From Candidatus Heimdallarchaeum endolithica (GTDB lineage Archaea; Asgardarchaeota; Heimdallarchaeia; Heimdallarchaeales; Heimdallarchaeaceae): a DNA stretch of 64,000 bases. The notes below the pieces were generated by a model. That model saw nothing but the letters and a program-made list of their open reading frames with translations, ran no database searches and was not told where the DNA came from. The DNA is taken from positions 960,001-1,024,000 of the forward strand of contig CP084167.1 of NCBI GenBank assembly GCA_021513715.1, written 5' to 3'. A program made the position numbers and the translations under genes. This document shows, one piece after another, positions 44,835-54,716 of this stretch. Numbering within the stretch: the stretch's first letter is position 1; each line of letters begins with the position of its first letter.

Positions 44835-45980
44835 ATGAAAATTGCAATAATTAACCAATTCACAACTCCTGAAGCTGGAGGGCACGAAATAAATTTAGCC
44901 AATCTGTTATACAAAAAAGGCCATGAACCAATAATAATAACTTCAGAATATAAAACTCCTAACCTGACAAATTATAAGTACATTAAAGCAGACAAAAAAA
45001 AAGATAAAGAGCTTTGTCCATTCGAAATTGTAAGACTAAAAACAGTATTTATTTATTCAGAATTTCCAATTGTGAAAGGTATGAATAAAATAATAGCTGA
45101 TTTTCAACCAGACATTATTAATATTCATGAATTTTTTCAATATACAAGCTACAAAGGATTCAAGATAGGTAAAAAAAATAAAATACCTATTGTTTTAACT
45201 CAGCATTGTTACTACTTTCCGCCTAGTTTTATAAATAGGTTAGGTATGAAAATTACAACGAAACTTTGGGGAAAAAAACTTATTGAAAATAGTGATAGCC
45301 TTATAGCTATTGCAGAAAGTTCAAGCAAATTTCTAAAAGAAGTTTCAAAAAATCCCACATTGAAAGTAAATATAATACCAACCCCCTTAGAACTAGATCA
45401 ATTTCTTGAAATTAATCCTGATTTTATTGAAAATCCCAAAAATAATACATTTAGAATATTATATGTTGGGAGAGTAGATGAAAGAAAAGGTCTAAAATAT
45501 CTAGTGGATGCTACATCCATATTAACTAAAAGATTCAATAAACATCAAATTGTATTGGATATTGTAGGAAAAGGAAAAGACTTTGATAAGTTGAAGAGTT
45601 ACGCAGAAGAGAAAAATATTAATGCAAGGTTTCATGGATTTGTAGAGCATAAAAACATTTCAAAGTTCTATAAAAGAGCTAACGTTTTTGTATTACCTAC
45701 AATTACAAAAGAACCGTTTGGTAATGTGGCTGTAGAAGCTTTAGCTTCTGGTATCCCTGTTATAGCAAGTAAACTGGGTGGATTAGTGAACATTATTCAA
45801 GAAGGTACTGGTTTTTTAGTTCAACCGAAAAATGCTGATGAAATTGCTAATGCAATCACAAAATTTTTGCAAAACCCACTCTTATTAAAAAAGTACAGCA
45901 AAAATGCAAAAAAGCTTGGAATAAAATTTGCACATGTACCTATAAATTCTATTATTGACATTTTTCAAGATCTTATTTAA
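44835..45980 (+). CDS. GT4 glycosyltransferase
   Basis: GGHE, GRVDERKG, EPFGNVAVEA. Confidence 0.92.
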   Translation: MKIAIINQFTTPEAGGHEINLANLLYKKGHEPIIITSEYKTPNLTNYKYIKADKKKDKELCPFEIVRLKTVFIYSEFPIVKGMNKIIADFQPDIINIHEFFQYTSYKGFKIGKKNKIPIVLTQHCYYFPPSFINRLGMKITTKLWGKKLIENSDSLIAIAESSSKFLKEVSKNPTLKVNIIPTPLELDQFLEINPDFIENPKNNTFRILYVGRVDERKGLKYLVDATSILTKRFNKHQIVLDIVGKGKDFDKLKSYAEEKNINARFHGFVEHKNISKFYKRANVFVLPTITKEPFGNVAVEALASGIPVIASKLGGLVNIIQEGTGFLVQPKNADEIANAITKFLQNPLLLKKYSKNAKKLGIKFAHVPINSIIDIFQDLI

Positions 45981-46031
45981 ATTTTTTAAAAGGATACATT
46001 TTAAACATTAACAAAGAGATAGGTATTAAAA

Positions 46032-46976
46032 ATGGAAGAAACTGACTTTGAAAATAAAAACATTTTAATAATTGGAGCTGATGGTTTTATAGGTTCTCAT
46101 CTTTTTCTAAGACTTAAAAGTCTAAGTAAAAATATTGTAAGAACAGTTTATACCAGTGGCTCTGAAAAAAATCAGGTGTATAAAGTCGATATAAGAGATA
46201 AAGAAAAAGTAAAAGATATATTTAAAAAAAAGAATTTTAATACAATATACTATCTAGCGGGTTTGATTAATGTTTATGAATCTCTAAAAAATCCAGAACT
46301 TTATTATCAAGTAAACACGTTTGGTACTTTAAATATAATGGAAAATATTAGAAAATATCAAGAAAATTCAAAAATTATCTTTGCATCTTCAGCTCTTGTA
46401 TATGGTAAACCCATGTATTTACCTATAGATGAAACTCATCCATTAAATCCTATTACTCCATATTCATCATCTAAATCATCTGCAGAGCAAATTATTCATG
46501 GATATAGCAAAACATACGGTATTAGAGCTGTTATACTAAGAATTTTTAATGTTTATGGACCAAAACAAAATTATAATCTATTTATACCCGCATTTATTAG
46601 ACGTTGCTTAGAATCTAAGCAAATTTTAATTGGGAATATAAATGTTACAAGAGATTATATTTTTATAAACGATTTAGTAGAAGCAATGTTAAAGGTTGCA
46701 TTATATTCCAATAATGAGATTGAATATTTTAATATAGGTTCGGGAAAAGAAATACAGTTAGAAACTATTGTAAACTACATACTACAACTATCAAAAAGAG
46801 ACAAATCTTTCTTACATAAAAGCCAAGATCTTGTAAGAGAGAACAAAAATGAAATTTCTCGAATTTATGCCGATATTACAAAAGCTAAGAACAAACTAAA
46901 TTGGACTCCAAAAACTAGCTTAAAAGAAGGACTAAATATAACCTATAAATATTATAAACAAAATAAAATTTCTTAA
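46032..46976 (+). CDS. NAD-dependent sugar epimerase/reductase
   Basis: GADGFIG, SSALVYG, PYSSSK, FNVYGP, RDYIFI. Confidence 0.9.
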   Translation: MEETDFENKNILIIGADGFIGSHLFLRLKSLSKNIVRTVYTSGSEKNQVYKVDIRDKEKVKDIFKKKNFNTIYYLAGLINVYESLKNPELYYQVNTFGTLNIMENIRKYQENSKIIFASSALVYGKPMYLPIDETHPLNPITPYSSSKSSAEQIIHGYSKTYGIRAVILRIFNVYGPKQNYNLFIPAFIRRCLESKQILIGNINVTRDYIFINDLVEAMLKVALYSNNEIEYFNIGSGKEIQLETIVNYILQLSKRDKSFLHKSQDLVRENKNEISRIYADITKAKNKLNWTPKTSLKEGLNITYKYYKQNKIS

Positions 46977-47379
46977 CCTCTTATTTTTCAAATTATTAAA
47001 CTTTAAGCAAAAAAGTACATGAATTCTAAAAATCAGAAGAAAAAACTATGCGTTTTAATAAATATTATACAACCAAAGTAAGTTCTAATTAATGAAATAA
47101 TATATTGTCATTTTTACAGTCCCAACTCTGTCATAACACTCACAATGATTCCTCTTTGACCAACTTGATCTTAAAATAATGAATCGAAATTAATTGGAAA
47201 AATACATTCTTTTGCTTTATTTTATTTTTACTGATTATTTTGTATAACTACTATGTATCTTTTTCTTGTTCCTGCTTTAATTTCTATATATTCACACTCT
47301 TTTTTTTCACAATACAGCTTAAACATTTTTTCTAATTGTTTTTTGTGATATTTTTAAAAATATTACTTGCTATTTTGTA

Positions 47380-47852
47380 TGTTCTTTGTGCCCGTCCATG
47401 CTCAAATGTATGACCTTTTCGTCGTCGTAGGTTACCCCAAAAATGTTAGAAAAGATAAAGGAAAAGGGAAAGAAAAAAGTACTCGTTATTTTCGCAGAAA
47501 ACTTCACCAGTGGAATTTTTCTTTAGTTCTTTCTCTTCTCCGTCGAGCATTGATATTAGAAGGTTTTGCTCCTCATCGTATTCTTATAATAGACGAAAGA
47601 GGAACATCTTCTCATTGTTCCCGTTGTGGAAAAGAAGTTTCTCGTCCCGTTAGAGGGTTAGTACACTGTCCCTTTTGTAACTATACTTACCACTCTGATT
47701 TAACAGGAGCTAGAAATATTGCTCGTAAGTTCCTTAGTCATCTTTTTCGTCCCCGTGCTACAACTATTGCTGATTACTTTACTGGTCAAAAATTCAGTCT
47801 TACTCATTACACTGTTTGCCGAGGACTCAGCCATTGGTTGCAGTCCCAGTAG
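47380..47852 (+). pseudogene. tnpB: 5'-truncated TnpB (RuvC-II, Zn finger, RuvC-III)
   Basis: VVVGYP, DERGTSSHCSRCG, CPFC, HSDLTGARNI; WED and RuvC-I absent. Confidence 0.85.
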
Positions 47853-48085
47853 ACAAAAAGAAATAATTACTCTTATATTCAAGGGCTAGTTATTCTTTCA
47901 TTTTTGTCTCTCGTGGAGTGAAGAAAAGAGCTTACAACTCTTTTTTTCTTTATGATTCCCCCGATTCGTGTATGACGTCTGTCTTAATCCTTCTTCTTTC
48001 ATTGTATGTTAGGATTAAGTTCTCAAGAAACTGACAATTATCTATCTTTGTTTTTTTCTTGAAAGACTGAGTTCGACAAACTTCG
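47820..48085 (+). ncRNA. Candidate TnpB omega-RNA scaffold / transposon right end
   Basis: Stems at 47823-47846, 47851-47909, 47921-47950, CTTAATCCT/AGGATTAAG (47983-48019), TCAAGAAA/TTTCTTGA (48023-48062) directly after tnpB. Confidence 0.6.
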
Positions 48086-48135
48086 CAAAAAGTAAATCAT
48101 GCTTAAAAAAAAGAGAAAAATTTAATGATACAATT

Positions 48136-48552
48136 TTAAATCTGTATTCTTATCCAATAGGCAGGATGGTCTGACTGTCCTTCTTCAACATATTGTGCGT
48201 CTAATACAGTAAAACCACTACTAAGAAAGATATGATCGATATTATTTTCAGCAACTGTTCCACATCTTAACATCCAAGAGTCTTCAAAGACAGCAACGGT
48301 GACGTTATATTCTATTGAATAAGGACAGAAGTTAAAATCTCCTATAAAGATAACATTAGAGAGACCTTCAGTCCTACTCACCATTTGTTGTTGTTGATAA
48401 ATGGTTGTTTGTTTCTCCTCTCCTGCAGGATGATTAACAAAAACATTGAAAATGTGATTACCCACTGTTATCTGTGCTTGTGCTGAGCCAATATGCTCTT
48501 GGTCACTATAAGTAAAAACTCGTTGGAGGAAGGTAACCCATTCATTAGGCAA
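48136..48552 (-). pseudogene. C-terminal fragment of an EEP (endonuclease/exonuclease/phosphatase) protein
   Basis: NH, GDFN, IDHIF, SDH motifs; N-terminal half missing. Confidence 0.7.
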
Positions 48553-48657
48553 GACTTGAACGAAAACCGTAGAAGATGTTTTTACGTAAAAATTGTTTTC
48601 TTTCTTATTAATTTATTCTTCTCAATAACTTTATATTTTCTAAAAAGATACAAGCTT

Positions 48658-50511
48658 GTGCGTTACCAAGACTCATTTAACTCTTCATTATACTCTATTA
48701 TTCCACAAAGCAAATTAAAAGGGGAGGTTAAAAAAGCAATTCTATTTGAATTACTAAAAAATTTTAGTCAATTTAAGAAAGAGGGAGAAAATGAATTAAT
48801 TTACAAAACTACTGAAGCGATCAAAAAACTAGTGGAAGAAAGAGAATATAAAACAAGCAATAAGCATTTAAACAAAAGAGTAGAAGTTAAAACTTACATA
48901 GAAAAGGTAAAACGAAAAATTTCACTTGATGAAATGCATTCGACAAATAAAATCACCCCCTACCATCTTTCACTTCTAGTAAATCAAAGCGAAGAAATAA
49001 AAAAAGCCAAAGGTGAATTCAATACTCCTTATTATATTGGAAAATTTTTACACAAACAAATTTTTTCTTTTTATTTAAAAGAACAGAAGAAAAGCTTGAT
49101 AGAGCTATCTCAAACTAATTGGGCAGATCTTGCCTGCGGTACTGGAAATTTAGTTATGACAAATTTTTATGAGACAAAAAGAAAAGCTGAGAAAAGTGAA
49201 ATAGATCAAGAAGAATTTTTTTATAATCTCTTAAAGAACCTCTATGCTACAGAGATTGATCCTCTTTCTCTTGCTCTCTGCAAACTAAGAATTCTACTTT
49301 TTTTCTCCTATTTTTTTCCTGATATACCCATCCAAAACAAAGATATAACACTGGAGAAGAAAAATATCTTAGTTAAAGAACAAGAAGAACCTTTTCTTGA
49401 CTACATCTTGCTTAACCCTCCTTTTATGACCTATGGATTAAGAAATGGTCAAGAGTACAACGAAGAATTGAAGCAATATTTACGTTCTCACTATTTTTCA
49501 GCCGAATATAAGCTTCCACTCTATACTCTTTTCATCGAGCGTTCTATCGATTTATTAAAAGAGGGAGGATTACTTGGTATTATCAGTCCTGACAGTTTTC
49601 TGTTAGGGAGATATTATTCCAAGATAAGAAAGTTTATCCTTAACAATAGCCAAATCAAACAGATTAGTTTATTAGATTACGAAGCGTTTGACAAAGTCAC
49701 TTTAGGAAGAACAGCTATATCATTCTTTGAAAAAAAGAAAAACAAAAAGGATAACAAAAAACAAGAATTTTACTCATATTTTTTTCCCTCTTATAATCAT
49801 TTTATTAGAAAAGATAGGAAACAAGGCTATAAAAACAATTTATCTCAAACATGGTTAGAAAAAAATGAATTTTGCCGTTTCTACATGTTTTTTGATGAGA
49901 AAGAAGAAAAAATAGTTGAAAATTGGTTTGGAAAAGCAGAACAGAGATTAGCGGAACTTGTCACAATTCATACAGGGGTTAGAAGCAAAATAGGACAAAA
50001 GAAAATAATATCCACGGAAAAATTAGGTTCTAACTGGAAAAAGGGTCTAATAAAAGGAAAACAAGTCTTACCATATGGTTGTATATACAAGGGACTTTGG
50101 TTGAACATCGATCGTACTCTTTTATGGTCTGGTGGGTTTAACCCTGAAATCGTGGAAAAAACTAAAATTTTACTAAGACAGACAGGCGATAGACTTATAG
50201 CTTGTGTTGATACAGATAACTATTACCATTTAAACAACATACATTCTCTTGTTCCAAAAAAGAAAAACGTTGATCTTTACTCTTTAGCAGTTATTTTAAA
50301 TTCTGAAGAATTCAATCAAGTTTATCAAATTCTAAGTATGGAAAGGGGAAGAACTTTTGCCCAAATAGATATGGATTTTTTACTTGAACTCCCAATCATA
50401 GAACTAACAAACAACCAGAAAGAGAGATTAAGAAAATTCTACCTAAAACAAAAGGAGAGGAGAGAGAAAGGAGAGGAGTTAGAACCTACAAAACTAAGCA
50501 ATCTACTATGA
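48658..50511 (+). CDS. N6-adenine DNA methyltransferase, copy 2
   Basis: DLACGTGN, NPPF; GTG start (VRYQD) inferred from copy 1 (VRYKD). Confidence 0.88.
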   Translation: MRYQDSFNSSLYSIIPQSKLKGEVKKAILFELLKNFSQFKKEGENELIYKTTEAIKKLVEEREYKTSNKHLNKRVEVKTYIEKVKRKISLDEMHSTNKITPYHLSLLVNQSEEIKKAKGEFNTPYYIGKFLHKQIFSFYLKEQKKSLIELSQTNWADLACGTGNLVMTNFYETKRKAEKSEIDQEEFFYNLLKNLYATEIDPLSLALCKLRILLFFSYFFPDIPIQNKDITLEKKNILVKEQEEPFLDYILLNPPFMTYGLRNGQEYNEELKQYLRSHYFSAEYKLPLYTLFIERSIDLLKEGGLLGIISPDSFLLGRYYSKIRKFILNNSQIKQISLLDYEAFDKVTLGRTAISFFEKKKNKKDNKKQEFYSYFFPSYNHFIRKDRKQGYKNNLSQTWLEKNEFCRFYMFFDEKEEKIVENWFGKAEQRLAELVTIHTGVRSKIGQKKIISTEKLGSNWKKGLIKGKQVLPYGCIYKGLWLNIDRTLLWSGGFNPEIVEKTKILLRQTGDRLIACVDTDNYYHLNNIHSLVPKKKNVDLYSLAVILNSEEFNQVYQILSMERGRTFAQIDMDFLLELPIIELTNNQKERLRKFYLKQKERREKGEELEPTKLSNLL

Positions 50512-51323
50512 GAAGTGAAAAAATGAAAGAGAAGCCAATATTAACCATTGATGCAAAGTATTTGGGAATGAAATTTGACGAATTAATAAGGAACTATCCA
50601 TATTTAAGTAAATTTTTGATCAGCTCTAGACCACCTAAATTTGATTTAGGAGAGCCATTAACTCTTTCAGAACTGAACAAGTGTCTCTTCAAAGAATTAA
50701 GTGAACTAGATATAGAAGTGCCATTCAATCATTTAATTCCAGCCTATAGTCTCAGAGCTGCGAATGCACAAGCAATAAATGAACTAGTAAAAAGTGATGA
50801 GCCAATTATAGAAATTGGTACAGGGGCAAGTGGAGCAATAGCATTAATATTAGCAAAGAAGTACGGAAAGAGAATTATAGCTACAGAAATAAATGCTGAA
50901 TCTTATGAAAGTGCAAAAAAGAATATCCAGCAAAATAAGTTGGAAAAGAAAATAACTTTATTCAAATCTAATGGAGAAATAATTAAAGGAATAATACCGA
51001 AAGGAAATTATGCTGCTCTAGTAAGTTATCCGCCTATTTATCCTTCTGATTTAACCAAACTTAAGAAACGAAGAGGGTGGAAGGGAGTTAAAACTGAGCT
51101 AATCGCAGGAAAGAATGAACTAGATTTTGCTATCCAACTAGTCAATGAATCTTTAAATAGCAAGGATGTGGAAATAGATTTTGTTACTGTTCAAGTAATG
51201 AATAAAGTTCAACTATTCAAGCTTCTTAATCTTTTTTCTGATAGAAAAGAGTGTTATTTTATTGAGATTATAGCAGGAACGAGAAAAAGATACATACTAG
51301 TTGTAGACAATAGATACAAATAG
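50508..51323 (+). CDS. RlmF-related SAM-dependent methyltransferase
   Basis: HLIP, EIGTGASG, ATEI, SYPPIY; ATGA overlap with MTase copy 2. Confidence 0.75.
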   Translation: MRSEKMKEKPILTIDAKYLGMKFDELIRNYPYLSKFLISSRPPKFDLGEPLTLSELNKCLFKELSELDIEVPFNHLIPAYSLRAANAQAINELVKSDEPIIEIGTGASGAIALILAKKYGKRIIATEINAESYESAKKNIQQNKLEKKITLFKSNGEIIKGIIPKGNYAALVSYPPIYPSDLTKLKKRRGWKGVKTELIAGKNELDFAIQLVNESLNSKDVEIDFVTVQVMNKVQLFKLLNLFSDRKECYFIEIIAGTRKRYILVVDNRYK

Positions 51324-51347
51324 TTCTCAATGGACAAAGTTGAAACG

Positions 51348-51517
51348 ATCAAGAAAATTTAAACTTAGGTTTTTAAATTTAAAAATTAAAGTTTAAAAAT
51401 TTTAAATTTGGTCTTTCTTTCTTAATTTGAATTTTCTTTGATATTGCTTTGACAATATATTTTTTAGTAACACTGGAAGATTAAACTTAGGTTATTTGAG
51501 TTTAAATTTTCTTTGAT
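51348..51517. repeat. AT-rich inverted/direct repeat block between convergent genes
   Basis: ATCAAGAAAATTTAAACT (51348) versus AGTTTAAATTTTCTTTGAT (51499); TTAAACTTAGGTT twice; AATTTTCTTTGATAT twice. Confidence 0.55.
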
Positions 51518-51746
51518 ATGTTTTTAATTTTCTTATTTTTGCTGATTGTGTAGTTTTACTATTTTTCTCATTTTATCTTTCTTTGTATTTTTTCCAATAA
51601 GTTGTTAGATTTCAGAGTATAATAATTCTATTCTTCTAAACAAATTTGTTTAACTTTTGTTGTTTTTCAGTAATTAGAAATAGATTATTAGATTTGTAAT
51701 GCTTCAAATTTTTCTGATAAAAAAACCTCTAGTTTTTTGTTAATTG

Positions 51747-52646
51747 TTACTCTTGTAATTTATTTTCTTTAGTCTTTTCTGAATTTGTCCACTTTCTGAA
51801 ACTTGTATCCAACAGATCTAGAAATTCACTTCCCACTTCTTTTTTCTCATTATTCTCTGTAGAAGTTATTATTATTGAATCTCTATCTAGTTTTATTGGT
51901 AATCCCATTGCTTTATCTTCTATAATCCACTTTTTTATTTTTTCTATATCTTTTTCACCTAAAAATTCTGCTAGTTCTTCTATTTTTATTCTATGGTAAG
52001 CGTCCATTATTTTTTCGAATCTTTCTTTCCATTCTTTTATTTTCTTTAATCTTTCAAAGTGTTTATTTTTTTCTTCTTTAATATTTTTATATTTTTCAGG
52101 GAATTCTTTTATCTCTGATTTTATTTTATTTATTACTTCTTTTGCTTGTCCTAGCTCAACCTTTGTTGAACTTACGAGGAAAAATGGGAAACTTATCTTC
52201 GAGAATTTTGATAAGATATCATTGTATTTTTTTTCCCACTGTTCTAATTTTTCTTCAGTATCACATTTTTCATTGTAGCTCGACAAGAATATTTCTACAT
52301 ATTTTTCTACAGTTTTTTTGAGATTTTCTAAAAGGTTAAAACAACATTGATAAAACTCTTCTTCCAGTTCTATTAATGTAGCATTTACATTTTGCTTTTT
52401 ATTTAACAATTCTAAATAGAATTGGTCATTTTCTTGGTTTGCATCTGCTAACAATTGTTTAGAATAGTTATTCATTGTTTCAATTAGCGATGAAACTTTA
52501 TACCTTACCTGTCTTATTTGTTCATATATTTCTTCTATTTGTCCATAATTTATAGAAGGTAGAATCTGTTTTATTTTACTAAGTTTTTTTTCTAAACTCG
52601 AATACTCTTCATAGGTTTGTTTCATTTCTTGTAGTGCAATAGACAT
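51747..52646 (-). CDS. Coiled-coil protein with C-terminal PCI/winged-helix-like domain
   Basis: Long E/K heptads, then IKIEELAEFLG...IKKWII...IKLDRDSIII and an amphipathic tail. Confidence 0.55.
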   Translation of the reverse strand: MSIALQEMKQTYEEYSSLEKKLSKIKQILPSINYGQIEEIYEQIRQVRYKVSSLIETMNNYSKQLLADANQENDQFYLELLNKKQNVNATLIELEEEFYQCCFNLLENLKKTVEKYVEIFLSSYNEKCDTEEKLEQWEKKYNDILSKFSKISFPFFLVSSTKVELGQAKEVINKIKSEIKEFPEKYKNIKEEKNKHFERLKKIKEWKERFEKIMDAYHRIKIEELAEFLGEKDIEKIKKWIIEDKAMGLPIKLDRDSIIITSTENNEKKEVGSEFLDLLDTSFRKWTNSEKTKENKLQE

Positions 52647-53062
52647 TTTTCACTAAAGTGAATCATTTTTTACCTTTAAATCTTTTTAACTATTATTTCT
52701 ATTCTAATTAGAAAAAATATTTTTTCTTTTCTCTTGATCTTGAATAATTTGTCATTTTTATCTGGGAAATCATTTTTTTTCTATATAATTCACACAAACA
52801 AATCAAACTTGACCTAAAAATAAACTATATAATCTTACTACTCAACAAAATCATTTTTTTATTTTTTTATTTCTTATTTTATTGCTATTTTGGTTATTCT
52901 TTCTCCACTTCTACCTTTTGTTCTTTTTTTCTCTTTTATTCTTCTACTTTCTATCTTTCAAATTTATTGATACTTTCAGTTATTAAATTCACCTTTTATT
53001 TTACTATTCCAAAAGATTTATAGTTTCAAAGTCCAAACTACGCGCTTAAATAAGGTGTTATT

Positions 53063-54715
53063 ATGAAAGCACATTTAAGTTTCCAATCCACTTTAAAGGA
53101 TATTTCTGTTTCTCCCAGTAAATGGACGAGAGAATCGATAATTTTACAACGAACAATAATAAAGGAGTTTGAAAATTATTTTGCTTCCTTAGAAAGGATT
53201 GACCAACAACGTAAGAAGTTTATCCTTCTTTCTGTCTTTTCTTACTCTTTTTTTGCTATATTAGCCATAATTTTAGGCGTTTTTGTAGGCTATGTTTTTC
53301 TTTCTCTCCTTGCACTCAGTGGACTTGGCTATTTATTCCAGTGGTTAGCAAAAAACAAGAAAGTAGAATATGATAGTTTGGAGCCTGAAAGTAAAATTAC
53401 AGGGCTATTCACTCTTAAATATCCTATTTTCAGTTATTTTCTGCCAGATAATGAGCTTTTTCTTTACGATGGAGGAGGACTTTTACCTTTTGTTGAAATC
53501 TCTATTCCTTTCTTCAAAGACTATCAAAAAATCGAAGAAGCACTTTATGAGCACCAACAATCTGACGAATTTATGCAACTTTATCTTGAGGGTGACCAGC
53601 TTGCTCTTTATAATTGGATTAAAGAGAACCCTTCGCTTAAAGATAAATTATCCCAACACGATATTGACGCTATTTGGGAATATCTTTACAACAAGATCAA
53701 GAAATCTACTGATAGATCCAACCAAGTTCATCAAGTTTTTGAGTTGCCTATTATTCAGCGTGAATCTTCTGTTTATAACGATATTTTACGTATTTCTCCT
53801 TTTCTTACCAAGGAGGCTGTTAATCCTGATGAAGAGTTTGATATTCTTAACAGTTGTCTAACTGAATACAGTATTAATAAAATAGAATTATGGAACAATG
53901 AAATTAAGGAGATGTATCGTTCTATCCAAGGTGAGCCCATTGTTCATACTTTAAGAAACACCGTGGGTCGAATTAACCGTGAAACTGCTAATATTTTAGA
54001 AATGCTTGGTGGAGATTTAAAGGAGATAGTTAGTTCTACTGTTCCTATTGACAACACTCTTTTTTCTGATTTTCACTATATTCGCTTATGTCCTGTTTGT
54101 GGCGAGAAAAGAATAGCTATAGAGCGCAATACTTCTGACTTTGAAACTTGGATTAATAACAAGGTTCTTGGAGGAGTTTTGGAAGACATTGATTTACAGA
54201 ATCCTGCACCAGAAGCCAAAGATAAAATTGACACAATGCGTTACGAATTACAGGAATTTATTAACAAAACTATTCCTGTTTCTAAAGAAATAATCCCCTA
54301 TATTAATGCTGATTTAACTTTGATGGAACTTGGAATGGATGGTCGTTATTATTGTCCTAAATGCTCTAACAGTTCTGAATATCTTGAAATTATCGATGCT
54401 TATATTCCCTTAGCTCATGCTTATGAAGTTAGGATGTATGAGTCACAAGATATTATGTTAGAAAATGCCAGAGCTATTATTCAAAACATTGCTAGTATAG
54501 TCAATACCAAAAATAACAGAATGACCAATTTAGCTCCATTACAGGTTGAACTTGAAGAGAGTAAGAGTGAATACTTGAAAATAGCTGCAGAGCGTAAGAA
54601 AGCTTCAGAGATGAACAAGTTACTCAGGAACTTGACTAAAGAGTCTGAAAAAGCAATGAAAGAACTTGAATCTGTTCGAAGAAAAGTAGAAAAAATAAGG
54701 AGCAGGGTGAGTTAA
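53063..54715 (+). CDS. Membrane-anchored protein: TM hairpin, two CxxC, C-terminal coiled coil
   Basis: Hydrophobic aa ~53-95; CPVC and CPKC; heptad-rich C-terminus. Confidence 0.7.
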   Translation: MKAHLSFQSTLKDISVSPSKWTRESIILQRTIIKEFENYFASLERIDQQRKKFILLSVFSYSFFAILAIILGVFVGYVFLSLLALSGLGYLFQWLAKNKKVEYDSLEPESKITGLFTLKYPIFSYFLPDNELFLYDGGGLLPFVEISIPFFKDYQKIEEALYEHQQSDEFMQLYLEGDQLALYNWIKENPSLKDKLSQHDIDAIWEYLYNKIKKSTDRSNQVHQVFELPIIQRESSVYNDILRISPFLTKEAVNPDEEFDILNSCLTEYSINKIELWNNEIKEMYRSIQGEPIVHTLRNTVGRINRETANILEMLGGDLKEIVSSTVPIDNTLFSDFHYIRLCPVCGEKRIAIERNTSDFETWINNKVLGGVLEDIDLQNPAPEAKDKIDTMRYELQEFINKTIPVSKEIIPYINADLTLMELGMDGRYYCPKCSNSSEYLEIIDAYIPLAHAYEVRMYESQDIMLENARAIIQNIASIVNTKNNRMTNLAPLQVELEESKSEYLKIAAERKKASEMNKLLRNLTKESEKAMKELESVRRKVEKIRSRVS

Positions 54716-54716
54716 A

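Noticed and set aside
48493-48657. N-terminal extension of MTase copy 2 in the ORF track
   Set aside because: Overlaps the EEP fragment; paralog alignment supports the GTG at 48658
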